Assembly: GCA_002633005.1 (NCBI GenBank)
Contig: NMRA01000306.1
Coordinates: 291,866-355,865, forward strand
DNA: 64,000 nt
Origin: Phoronis australis
Taxonomy: Eukaryota > Animalia > Phoronida
Direction: 5' to 3'
Under the pieces are notes generated by a model that searched no databases, was not told the DNA's origin, and saw only the letters and a program-made list of their open reading frames with translations. The position numbers and the translations under genes were made by a program. Within the stretch, counting starts at the first letter, position 1, and the number at the start of each line of letters is the position of its first letter. Shown here piece by piece: positions 35,001-47,900 of the stretch.

Positions 35001-38000
35001 CCTTTCTAGCGCTTTCTAAAGGCCTAATTAAGGTTTAAATGTTATTTTGCACATTGTATTTTTCGTAATAAACATGAACATAGTTTTTCTTTTATGGTTT
35101 ATTTTGATTCCCATCGTATTTTCTATGAAATGAAATAAAATAAAAACAGGGGGTCAATGATTTAGTTTTGAGCTATTTTAGGTCAAACAGCGTCACACCA
35201 AGATTGCGAGCGCACCTATTTCAAGATCAAAATGACCCTCGTGCATTTAACTATACAGAGATTACGGTAATGTTTTTGCTGTTATGATATACAAATGAAG
35301 AGTTATTTAAAATTAACAGTGTAAGATGGCAAGTTTGAGTCAAATTGCAAGTAAACAAGGTGTATATTTGGGGTTTGCCTATTGTTTAGTAAGACGACAT
35401 AATTTTGAATTTCCTTGTCGCGCGCTATTGTTCAATTCCAAAATAACAAAATCCCAGGCAAAATCAACATTTTCGACATTTTCAAAATATATGATTTGTT
35501 ATTTTAATTAAAAATAATACACATATTTTTCATAATTTAGTTATTGCTGTAACAGGTTTTTAGCAAATTTGTCAAAAACGGATTATTATTTAAAATGACC
35601 TATTGTTACTAAAATGACATGGGCAAGAAATTGAATTTCGGGGCTCCAAAGTGGGACTCTCTATACTAATATAGGCAACCCGGGGAGATGAGGCCCCAAG
35701 AGCGAGGCCCCTATGTTAATATAGGAGCCCCGCTTTTCGGGCCTCTTCAGTGGGGCTACCTATATTAATATAGTTCCCCCACTTTTAAGGCCCGAAATTG
35801 AATTTCGTGCATATGTTACATGTGTATTTTATTAAGAATAAGTCATTTTAAATAATAAGTTGTTCAAACCTTCTTACACTACTTAAATCTAACCAAAGTC
35901 AGTATTGGCAACCTAGTGTTTTTCAAAGCTTGTCCATAATATCAGACATAATTTTCAACAAATATGACGATTATTTCGCACGATACGTAAATCTTCCACT
36001 CCACCGCCATCCGACATGTCGTATCGTTACATTTGGCATTGCTCCTCATGAAAATAAACAAATGGTAAGACCTTCATAAACTATGAAGGTTTGTAGAAGT
36101 ACGTTTTATTACTTGGTGGTACCAGTAACAAAATGGAGTTGTTCGCTTGTTTCGCTGAGCAGTCTCTCCTTCATACTAATATAAATTTTACATATTCTAG
36201 TTTGATGTTGACAAAGCGATCTTCAGACATAGACGATGATGCCCTTACATTGTTCGACGGTCATTCTGAAACCGATGTATGTCCCTAACCCGGACGTGTG
36301 AAGTCACAATCGGAGAAGGCGAAGCCAGAAATTAGTAGTTCCTTCGAAGAATGCCGTTGTATGATGTAACCAGTTGAAATCGTCCCATCTCTTAGTTCAT
36401 GCCCGATTTTCCGATTCTTGATGCAAATAGATCCTTTGATCCACCTAGAGCACCTGTTATCATGTTGTTGACACCATGATCAATGGAGGGCATCCGAAAA
36501 CACCGTGTACACGTCTACAACTACTGACAAAACCTTACAAAATTGTAATTAATTAAATTGATTGGGAAAATGTTTCTATCATGGGCAATGGCAGAAAAAA
36601 AATTACGAGATGGATCAACGAATGTGTATCATAAATGGGCAGTACGCGCGTGAACAGAGACGTGGATCAATTTCAACATGACGCAGCATATACCAAGCCA
36701 TTCATGGGAAGAACCAAAGTTCTAGCTCAACCCACTCCGATTGTGACGCCACCCGTTCGCATACTCTACATACATTTACGTCGCTTTGAAAATGACTGCT
36801 GCACCATAGAGGTCGAAATCGTTAACAAGGTAACGATATTATCGTCTATTTCTTCATTGTTACTGACAGCTTTTGACCTTCAAATACAAAACGATTTAAC
36901 GCCTGACAGCTAAACGTGTATCACCAAAATGTAACCCATCGATTTTTGAATCTTATTTGACACAGTTAACTAACCTGCGTAGCCTCTTCCTCTAAGTTTT
37001 CGCAATATCCGCTCAGGGAGACAAAGAATATTACTGACGTAACATCTTCAAAGAAGCAGATCCATTTCTTCCGCTGGCTTTTTTGACCGGCTACATCTAT
37101 AGCCCTTAAAATAAGCAAACGTTACAGAAAATACATTAACACATTCACCAAGTGGGGCCACCATTCAGGAAAAAACGAGATTCACATGATTTTACATGTA
37201 TGGACTGCGGAACTTTTGAAGTCAAACTTGAGCCCGCTCTGATGCCCGATTGTAAAGACAAAAACAGTTGCATCTGTTCTGTATTTCATGAAAAACGATT
37301 TGGTTGTGAAGTATGTCTTAGTTGCTCCCTTTTTTAAGACTAAAAATTTACCTGAGACGAAGAAAAATGATCCGAATTTTGTTATTTTATCAGAGTCCTT
37401 GCAAATCATGACGTTTCAAACCGTGCTTTAAGCTACCCCTTACACGCTTTTGTACAGTTTTAAAAACAAAAAACCGGGGGTACGCTTCAGAAAGAGATTT
37501 AAGACTGGAATTTGACCTGATACTTCCATTTCATTTTTTGCAGAATGAAGGTTTAGTTAGCCAACAGCTAGCAGTCTAGAAATAATTCTTTGACATCATC
37601 TTTCCAAGTAGCAATTATGTGTACACTTTCAGAGACTGTCCAATGTTGCTCTGGTGAAATTTAACCATTTTCACAAATAATTGCGAGGAGCGTAAGACCA
37701 ATGAAATTTCTGACTTTAGTCTTACGTCATATTTCAGACCGTGGATGAAATTGATGTAAGTGTTATTTGTTTTAATAAGTTTCAAAATGATTTGGGGCAC
37801 AAACCATGTTTGGCTTAAACAACGTCTTCCTTATTCCATCAATTGTTTTGAAAGTCTATTCCCAATCAATAATGAACATCCGACATTGGATTCGTAATCA
37901 TGAGAGGACGAAAGTGACTTCAGCTGGACCCAATTTCCAATTATAGTGCAGAATTGAATAAAATGAAAGTCATTTACACTTTTTGCGTGAATTCCCACAA

Positions 38001-41000
38001 CACAATGAGAAGTAATTCAAGGGCACGATGATCCCAAAGAGTTTATAAAAAAACGCTATGCAGTCTCCCTGCCTCAAACCTCTATCCAAGTAACAGAAGG
38101 TCTGTAGGAAGCGTTGTGCGTCGTCCAACAAATATTGCTAATTGCTACGTTGTAAGACCCTAATGCGCCATTTCTGCTTTGGGTCAAGAAAGTTTTGATT
38201 TAGCCCATTTACAGCCAGAGGGGCACCACAGAATTACACGCACGATCATAGCATCTTAGGCACAAACCACCTACAAACCTATGAATAGCGCATAGGAACC
38301 CGTGAAACGTGCGTACGAACCCATGAATCATGCATACGAACCCATGAATCGTGCATACGAACCCATGAATTGTGCACACGAACCCATGAATCGTGCATAC
38401 GAACCCATGAATCATGCATACGAACCCAAAAAGCACTTGTACGAACAAAATTATGCACACTAATTACGAAAACCATACTTACGAACACAAAATCATACAC
38501 ATGTCGTTTGGTGTTTCGGATGCTCGTGCGTATGATTTGTGCTTGTGAGTGTGATTTTTGTGGTTCGTGATCATGATTTTCGTTAGTATGCGTGGTTTTC
38601 GGGTTTGTATGTATAATTCATGGCTTCTTATGCAGCACAGATACCTGAAGTCTAGGCCATTGACGTTAAAGGTGTGCTCTTGTACACCGAGTGTGGGTTG
38701 TCTCATGTAGAGGATGTCTTGAACGCTAGGCACGTAGTCTGCTCGTTTAATGGTGTTGAGATTCTCTAAGAAGCTGTAATGATAAAAACGTGTTATTCCA
38801 AGCAAGTGTAAATTAGTAACTCATTTCTACATATTATGGGAACTGTTACCATTTTTCAATAACTTAACCGCGTGAATTTGTTCATTAATTATTAGGCCTA
38901 AAAGTACATTTTTACGTGCACTGAATCCTTGAAATCTCACTTTAATTTGGACACCGGGGGACAGTTGATGTACATGTAATTAAAATAATGATTACGTGCC
39001 ACTGAGATGAGATACATTTTTCAATTGTTTAGTATAGATGTGAGTCATTTTTTCATCATTTTGATTTGGTTTTTCATTTCAGTTCAAGTTAAGCAGTATA
39101 AAAACGGGATGTGAGATCGCTACTTTTGTTTCATATAAGTTTGTATCGGATACTACTCCACATGCTATGACTATTTTCGTAAAACGCCCCGCCGACAAAT
39201 CGGCGACCCTGTCTGTCAACCAGTAGACAAACGACACCTCCCATACATTTTCAGATGCGGTATGAAAACGGATAATCTGTTAAGTCATTTTCCAAATAGG
39301 TAGAGACAGTTCACGCTTTGGGTATGTAAGCATAGGTCACATATTTTTTTCATTTTAACATAATTTAAGTACACTGTATAACCCCAATCGAAATGGATGA
39401 CTGTCCCCGAGACTGGACAGCTTCCACACCTGTCTCTAAGTTTCTCAACATCAGTTCGCCCAAGTTGTATATATATAACTCTTGTTAAAAAGTGAGCTTA
39501 CTACTTTTCTGAACAAGTGAGCTCCATCGTACTATCGCAACATCGCCTGAAATCTTCGTCTTCAGCGAGCCGTATCACGTGGCTCGGAAGAGACTTCATA
39601 TGATCAGTGTCGACATCTTTCGGAGCTGCTCCACTGTCGATCAGTTGGAGCAGCTTAGAGATCCTGGCGTGAGTATTTGTTCTTGGAACCGTTGCAGTGA
39701 AGTTTCTAGCAATTTTCTGAAACGGAAAACGAAATAGAACAGTCTTTAAGTGTCTAGAAATCGGAGGAATATCCTTTGTTTGGGTTCCAAGGTTATGTTT
39801 TGAAGGATGTTTAAGATCCAGCTTAGCTAAACCTGAAGTTGAAATCGACTATGTACAAATTTATGGATGAATTCCTCCATTGCGGAGCCAATCTCTTTGG
39901 TCAAAAACATTACTTCCAGAATGTGTTAGGGTCTATGACAGTACCTGCTCATACAAAGTGGTGGTTTCTGTGTTTGATTAGAACTGACAAATCTGATCGA
40001 ATGTAGGTTCAATAATTTGTCTTAATTGTCGTCAGGAATGGTTTCACGTGCCGTTGAACTACCTCAATAAGTCTTTTCACGGCCGGTGAGTTTGTGCGCT
40101 GAAGATGGTCGTAGCCAATAACGCTAACGGTCTGCCACTTATTTCAAACCCAAAACTCTGTTCTCATTTGGATAAAGCACAAACTACAGTTTTGTAGTAA
40201 TGAGTGGTCTAAATGTTATTTTCTTAGGCTGAAGGTGAATGCAGATTTGTAGTAGCTTTAAAGTGTTATGGCATTAATGTAAACCTGTGTTTCCTCGTTA
40301 TGAAACGTTAAGCCAAACGAGCGCATCCTGTCTAGCATCGCGTGCACGGCGTCCGTCACGTTGTCGTAGATGAAGGAGCGTAGAGACTCGCGAATGTCTT
40401 CCGGGTAACCGTCGCCATGGTGAATTCGAAGCTGCTTAATGAACGTGCTCTTTCCTGTGCCAGCACCACCTGAAAATGATAATTCTAAAAAAATGTCTTC
40501 CCTTTAACAGCAAAGACCCTACCGTAACTAAATTATGTGACTGCGGGATATACGAACCAAGGGGGATAGTAGGGTATAGCTACATTTAGCTGTTTTAAAC
40601 TTGGCTTCCGTCAAAAACAAATTTTGGACTTAATACATTTGCATTTTTGAGTCTGATCTCAACTTCTTCCATATTCAACTTACAGCTGACTTCTTCGGGG
40701 TTTGAAAACGATTTTTCGTTATTTATTATTGCTTGGTACAAGGCTCAGCAAGTCTTGTCGACGGCAGATTCTTTAATGCTCCGAGCATGATGAATTTTCA
40801 ATTCTCTACAAGACCGTAACAACACTTCCATTCCAGTAGAAAGTAAATGTTATTTCCGGCCTTAGGTTGATTTTAACTTGATTTGATGTGAAACCATTCA
40901 ATTGATTAAGATTGATTCTTATTCTACGTTTCTCGCTCAGGCATTTTTGTTATGAGCAGTTGTGTCACTTGTCTATATACATGTAGCAGAGATCAATAAT

Positions 41001-44000
41001 TCACCCACGAAAAACTTTTTGTCAGCTGCATAATTTACTTTGAAAAATACTATATAGATCCGTAAAAAATGAACCTATTGGGAATTTGGGCCACGTGATG
41101 TCAACATGGCTTCCGCAAAGTACCCGGTATACATTTGACCAAACCAGTGATGCAATATTCTGCATAAAACATAAGGAATATGACAACATTATAAAAGTTT
41201 GCACTGAAGAAACTGGCTAGAGGTTATATGTTCAACAATTTCTATTTGCTATTAAACCACGTCGGCGCAGAACAAAAACAGTTGACAAATTAAAAGGCAC
41301 TGATCATGCGTGTACCTCCCAACATGGCGAAGTGGGCAAAGAACAACAAAAATTCCGAAGAAAGTAATAAACGAGACAGATGTCCGCTAAAAGACAGGAA
41401 CTACCAAAATTCAGCGAATGCACAATTCATAGCTCTGAACGTACCCCGTGAATAGTAGTGAAAGGTGCACATTCTCAAAAATTCGAGCACCCCATTTTTT
41501 AGGATTGGTGCGCGCATACTATTACTTTACTGAAATGAGTGACTTGCTGGTCACAGTTGGTGTGATTACACTGAAAATGCTCTACTTCACCTAGATTAGC
41601 AAACTTCTGTGAAGGTAAATGTGGCCTTCCGGACCAAACATTCCTAATCGGGAAATTCTCTACCATTCCGCATGCTAGGTGACGCTTCTTCAACCCACGT
41701 AGATTTGCAGCTCATGTAAACCAGAGCTGCACACGGCATCGTCGTAGCCACGGTAAGCTACTGCGGCAAGTGGCAGTCTAACGTAAAGCTTTAAATGCGT
41801 GTAGGGCAGTATCGCCAACGGGCCAGCCTTGTTCGGCTTCTCCAAAGTTAATTTAAAATTTTCAAGTCAGTCTCAAATTTCAACTCCCTGTTAAAAGTCT
41901 AGAATCATTTATCGAACTTTTCTTTCTTGAAAAACGTTTGTCGAAGATTTACTTGCAAATGATGTGCGCTGCGCCGAATATACTACCGCGTTGACCACCA
42001 TATTTTTAATTACCTGGGAAACTTAATGTATTTGAATACCCCATTAAGTCCATATAATTCCTTTCGACACGCTAAGCAGTTTTGCCAATGCGTCAGTTAC
42101 TGAATCGCAAGGTACGAGGAAAGCACACATTTTTAATGTTTAATGGTTTGTGTCACCTCATCCATAAAGTCATGTACACAACTTAAAGACGAAAGTATAA
42201 TGAAAATTATCATTTAATTTTTATTTAACCATCTGTAAACTTGTACCAAAACTGTCTGTACTACTTTGAAAGTTCAGCGGAATCTTCCGGCTTAGATCAC
42301 CTATTTCAAAAATATTATATTTTAAATCCATGGTATAATTCACATAAAATAATGAACGTAAGAAATACGAGAGACCTCCGCGAGCACGTACATTTAATCC
42401 ATGGGCAGATCCAGGATTTTGAGTTAGGGGGGGGGGGGGNAACTGCCCAATGGAATCTTGGAGAGTTTTAGGGGGGGCATGGCCCCCTTGGCCCCCCTCT
42501 AAATCCGCCACTGTAGTCTATGCACTTTCTTAGACAAACGCTCTTTTAAGAACATTCATGTCAAAGAATGCTAATTACATGTACTTGTATTTTGTTTCCA
42601 AAGATGTTAAAGCGTGAATGGATAACTGAGGACACTTGTTAAGATAACAGATTCAGTGTCGCGATCTCGTTTTTCTCTGAGGCATGGAACCAGTTCAAGA
42701 TATTCCGGGAACAATATTATAATTAGCTCCCACAAATAGGTAAAAAAAATCAAAACTGTTCAGCAATTTCAGACACTATTCCTTCATAGATCAAACCGCT
42801 TGTCCTCTTTATTCATAGTATTATCGTGATGCAGGCGACGATATCTTTATTTGAATACCTAGATGGACTGATTAATAACTGAAATATTTAAGTTCAGCAA
42901 ACTAAGACGTTCTTTGAAGTTGTCCTTCTTTCGATTCGAGGATAAACTTTGATAAGTGATAACATTATTTTTAGAAAATTTGAGACAGCTGTCGCAAAAT
43001 GCCAGTTGAAGAAAATTACACAACGTTTCTAGCACGAATCTTTCTATCCTAGATTAGTAAGAATACGCAAAATAATAATCGAAATTTGATTGCAAGTCCC
43101 CTTCAAACTGGTTGTAACCTTGACTGCGAATTTAAGCTACATGTACTTACAAGCGCATGTGTACGGAATGGGCATCATTCCACAGACAAGATCTGCTACG
43201 AGGCCCCGCCCTTAACATATAACCATTGTAGCGTTAAAAATCCGCTAGATGGCAGATGATGCGTTAATCTTAACACTGATTATTAGTCAGTAAACGAACT
43301 TGAAACATGCAGCTCGCTTGGATGTGTACCTTGTGATTTCAGCATTGGAAAACATTCAGTGCCACCTGGTGATGGATTTCCTTTGTTTTGTCTCGTCTTG
43401 TATGAACTCCGTGCGGTTATTTGGCACAGTACTGTACTCAGACATAGTATTTCTCCGAAGAATGTGACCTAACTGTCGCTTGATGAGACGACTTAACACT
43501 GATAAAAATGATATCGTATAGTGTTCATGTATGACTACCACAAACACCAAAATTTTGAAAATCAAGTAGTGAAACTCGAACGGATGACGGGCCTTCTTTT
43601 GGCATAATTTATCTCATGGACAATGGTATTATTGGCCTCTACGAGAATTTCTGTTATCAAATATTGTGAAATATTTCACAACAGAAATTCTCCTAGAGAA
43701 TATATTCTGCATCCACGGAAATGAAAGCACGGTTGAAATTGTAAAAGGTTTTAGTTTCTAGACAAATCATATTTTGTACTACACGATGTTGCCACAAATT
43801 TTGACGAGGACTCTAATTTAAACTACACTGTATATGTTCTTGTACATTAAATCTGGTGTATGGGTAATTAGGATGCACCAATGCACACTGTGATGGATTT
43901 GAATTTGTCCATATGTATGTCTTAAGTCCTGTCCACACAAGCATTTTCTTTAACCTGGAACAGTTTCTGAAAAAGAGTGGCTACAAAGTTGTGATGAATT

Positions 44001-47000
44001 CCTTGATTTTTTGCTTTTAATGAAGGGACTTTACGCAACTAGGTTTCATTTTTTGAGATAACAATACATCACTTTCAAAGTTCGCGGCGATTCATGATCC
44101 CAGATTGAGACTATTTGCCTGATTGATACTTGAAGGCAGTCTTGATACATGCATGCAGTCTTGATATATGCATGCAATCTTGATACATGCAGGCAGTCTT
44201 GATACATGCAGGCAGCCTTGATTCATGCATGCAGTCTTGATACATGCAGGCAATCTTGACACACGGAGGCAGTCTTGATACACCCAGACAGTCTTGACAC
44301 ACGCAGGCAGTCTTGATACACGCACGCAGCCTTGATACATGCATGCCGTCTTGATACATGCAGGCAGTCTTGGTACATGCAGACAGCCTTGATACATGCA
44401 TGCAGTCTTGATACATGCATGCAATCTTGATACATGCAGGCAGTCTTGATACATGCAGGCAGCCTTGATACATGCAGGTAGTAATGATGCATGCAGGCAG
44501 TCTTGATACATGCAGACAGTCTTGGTACATGCATGCAGTCTTGAAACATGCATGCTGTCTTAACTCTTGCGTCAGGTTTTATGAACCAGACCCCTGCTTT
44601 GAATCGATTAGATAGTGATGCGGATTTTCTCTTTTAATACTTTTAAGCGGTGTTGGGTCCAATCAATTCCACTGACTCCTACACCAACCGTTATAGAACT
44701 AACGTTTCAATTATGTTTAATAGCTTATAGGAATTCATATAACTCTTCCGCGATGCATTTAAATGTCATAGTTTGACAAAAATAAAGCAACCCTGGGACC
44801 ATCGCCTTGTCCAGGTTTTCATTGAAAGCATAAAACTCCCGCACGTGGCCAATGTATTCTACTAGAGCTTGAGACCTCGAGACTAGCCGCAAAAGTTTGC
44901 ACTGGCACTTTCTGGTGGACTGCTCGATTTAGTCTTGACTTGTAGGTATCAAATCAAGCCTAATTTCTTTGTTTCATTTTCATTTTGACATTTTTGTTCA
45001 TCAAGAGACTCTTGGGCTACGGTTTTGAACAATCACCGATTTCCCGTCAAAGTTCAGCAACAAACTAAACTATTACATTGTCCATTCTTTATACGCACCG
45101 ACCTGCGCCCTGCATGGCCGGACATCGCGAATAGTCTAGCCTCTGATATCTTTTCATCTCCAGTATTAGAACCACTTTCGATAGCTCATCAAATTGCATG
45201 CTAGGGTTTTTTTCAACAAGACATTTTTGGATGTTAAAATCATTTTACAGTATTTTACGGAAAGAAGTGACTAGGTTTCTGAGTGTTTGTTCTGCAATTA
45301 TGAAAAGTGTAAGCACAACTAACAGGTGTGTATACGTAACTTTCGAAAAACTATTCGTATTTGCGTAGGTTTGTGTGTTTTTATGTAATTATGCATTAAT
45401 TGCTACTGTTTTCAATTGTTGCATGTTTACCTGTTGGCCAAATACTTTTTGTGAATTCCATTTTGAGCAGTGAATGTTGTCTGCTGTAATTACATATACA
45501 CGTAAAATAAAATTAAAAAAATAAAACTCTACCTTGTAAAAATCCACTCCGATATTGTGCATACACTATACTTGTCCCGCTCTTGGCAGAATATCCCATA
45601 TTTTTAATTTATCTTGCCATTCCGCCAGACTATCAAAATGCTTCGTTTTTTGACACACGACAACACTGACATATTATCATATACTACTGTAATTTTCCAC
45701 GCGACATTACACTATTTTTCCGTTCGACTAAAAAGAAAAAGAAGGGGACATTCTGTGGGTTTTTGAGGCACCCGCACTTTTGAAGCACCTACAATTGCTT
45801 ATTCAACTTAAAAAACAAACGTCTACCGTTCGACAAAAATGCTGTCGGTACGTACAGTATTTGTGTGCCACGGCGAACCTATAACCCTTGCGTTTTGACA
45901 TAGTTTCACATGTCCCGGTTTGTATCCGGAAGTCCCGCTTTTCAATCCAGTTGTTCCGTTTTTCATTCTCGAATGTCTACAACTATGGAACAGCTGTTTC
46001 TCCTTCTCATGAATATTGTTATTTTCCAGAGTCCACGTTCGCAAAAATCGTAAAAATGTGTTCCAATGCCTCTTGTTTACGATAACACACTGCATGTATC
46101 AGGATCACTAAATTTTACTTCCTGAGGAAATGAGTTTATTTACTAACTACTATGAGAGGTCCTGCACTGCAGCCTACGTAATGATCTATCCACGTTACAT
46201 TCCATACCTACAGTGTATACAGTAGATGTTTGCTCCCTTTTACCTATCATAAAGCCTTTATCTGCAAAATTCGGATTGGCAGTTGGAGTAATTACTTCAT
46301 CACATTTTTGTAAATGTCAATGCATCCTAAATTTTACTGAAGAACTGTATATAACGGCATCAAAGGTCCAGTTAATATATAAAGATGTATTAATTTGGAT
46401 GAATGCCGGACTAGATTCTTCACAGCAACAGTGAGGGTCAAAATCTTTGTCTTGATACTGTAGAAATGTTTTGAATCATTGAAATTATTTTGATGCTGGT
46501 TCAATTAGTCATTTTTATAACATTTCTGGTTCATTTCCTTCTTTATGTTACTATTGCACTTTGTTATTTTTCGCATTTTGATAACAAAGATGTTTTTAAA
46601 CCTGCCAGGTATGCGAAATAATGAATATTTATGAATTAAATTATGTATCGTTTGTTTCTTCTACCATTATACACCATCAAGAACTGACAAATAACTTTCT
46701 AATGATATGACTGGAATGCAATTCAGTTGAAAAACGGTGGAGTAGTGAAGCGTTTTAGTGACAGTAAATTCTATAAAAATTACAAACACCAGAACTAATG
46801 AATGTAAACAAACGCCAAGCATGCGCAGCGCAACCTCAGCTGCGCGAGATCGAAGTTGGCATTCCTGAGCTAGAGTTCTACGATTCAAAGTATCAACAAG
46901 CATCTTTACAATTCACCAGATCATGGTTACGAACACTTACATGTATGTGTATCAAAGGCTGCAATATCCAGTAACCAAATACGCCTTGTCTAGTGACCAA

Positions 47001-47882
47001 AAACGCTTTGTCTACGCGTGTGAACAAACACACTATGACCATTGAACACATGTGTTTTGTCTTGTTACCAAAGACGTTTTGTCTTATGATCAAATATGTT
47101 TAGTCTAATGCCCAAATAAGTTTTGTCTAGTGAACAAAATACTTTTTGGTAGTAACCAAATACATTTTTTTTCTAGTGAGAAATATGTTAAAACGAGGCT
47201 AGGCATAACTGTTGCCTTCAACCTTACTGGTTTCAACGGCGCGAAAATGTTTGATGTTATTGAAACATCAACAAATCTGTATATTTTCGCCAACCCACCG
47301 TCTATAGATATATGATGACCACAAGAGGTTGTCGTGACTAGTAAAAATAAGTGCAACACAAAAATGATTCCAAATGAGCGTGTTTAAAGCCGGTCCATTT
47401 GAATTTAAGCAGATGAAAATTTCCTCACGTTCCTCGAAATAATATAAAATTAATCAACAGACAATGAGCTGGAGATGCCTTGGGTGTAAAAGCTTTTAGT
47501 TGCATGTCAGGTAAATTAAGGAGTGACATTGTACTGATCTTATCGTTCAACGAGCTCGATTTCAACCTTAGTCTTCAAAGACATTTTGAAAGGGATAGAG
47601 TCAGTAGACGCAGGAATAGAGTCAGTAGACGCACTGTACGTTATTTTATCAAAAAGGAAATCTAAAGCTTGTGGTATTCGGTGTCTGTATTTAAGATATG
47701 TAGGTCTACTACAGCTGTATGGTCAACTAGTGTTCACTAGCCACATGTCAACACACACACTAGTAAGGCGTACCTAAAATCAGAAGCTGTATCTCCCGTT
47801 TCCGCTTCTCCCTGTCCGCCGCCAGCTGACTGTCTATACTTTTACTCCTCTCAAGAGCTTTTCTCTGACTCATCCTGTTCAT
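31871..47882 (-). CDS. Heterotrimeric G-protein alpha subunit, divergent, Gq-like exon structure (7 exons, 370 aa from ATG 47882)
   Basis: Exons 47882-47774, 40469-40285, 39716-39502, 38773-38645, 37104-36975, 34135-33982, 32061-31871 join in frame (1113 nt). G1 GxxxxGKST, RxxT, DVxGQ, NKxD and CAT boxes are all present. Confidence 0.95.
33982..34135 (-). CDS. G-alpha exon: alpha3 and G4 (NKxD)
   Basis: NSLQDSLQAFQEVVHNEFLRDTNTILFLNKNDLFREKLKKYPLISCFPDYI; 154 nt. Confidence 0.95.
35583..35858. repeat. ~275-bp imperfect palindrome
   Basis: ttattatttaaaatgacctattgttactaaaat pairs with 35826-35858; pairing continues inward to ~35715. Confidence 0.75.
36975..37104 (-). CDS. G-alpha exon: G3, switch II and switch III
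   Basis: AIDVAGQKSQRKKWICFFEDVTSVIFFVSLSGYCENLEEEATQ; 130 nt. Confidence 0.95.
38280..38427. repeat. 21-bp minisatellite (cgaacccatgaatcrtgcata), ~7 copies
   Basis: Direct reading; explains the HGFVCTI-type repeat ORFs. Confidence 0.92.
38645..38773 (-). CDS. G-alpha exon: alphaE-F and switch I
   Basis: FLENLNTIKRADYVPSVQDILYMRQPTLGVQEHTF; 129 nt. Confidence 0.95.
39502..39716 (-). CDS. G-alpha exon: helical domain (enlarged)
   Basis: tttcag|KIARNF...VIRLAEDEDFRRCCDSTMELTCSEK-Y|gtaagc; phase 0-2 links its neighbours. Confidence 0.88.
40285..40469 (-). CDS. G-alpha exon: P-loop, alpha1, alphaA
   Basis: GGAGTGKSTFIKQLRIHHGDGYPEDIRESLRSFIYDNV...; 185 nt. Confidence 0.95.
44117..44560. repeat. 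20-bp minisatellite (gcagtcttgatacatgcagg), ~21-22 copies
   Basis: Direct reading; explains three overlapping Cys-rich minus-strand ORFs. Confidence 0.95.
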
Positions 47883-47900
47883 TTTTCCGAAGTCTTCAGT
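47774..47900 (-). CDS. G-alpha exon: alphaN helix and beta1
   Basis: ttgcag|TEDFGKMNRMSQRKALERSKSIDSQLAADREKRKREIQLLIL-G|gtacgc; typical ERSK.ID.QL...REI.LL.LG. Confidence 0.92.

Noticed and set aside
38209-38570. HGFVCTI / HDSWVRM repeat ORFs
   Set aside because: Translations of an intronic 21-bp minisatellite.
44092-44553. Three Cys-rich repeat ORFs, or a CRISPR-like array
   Set aside because: Head-to-tail 20-bp minisatellite with no unique spacers; the open frames follow from the unit lacking stops on that strand.
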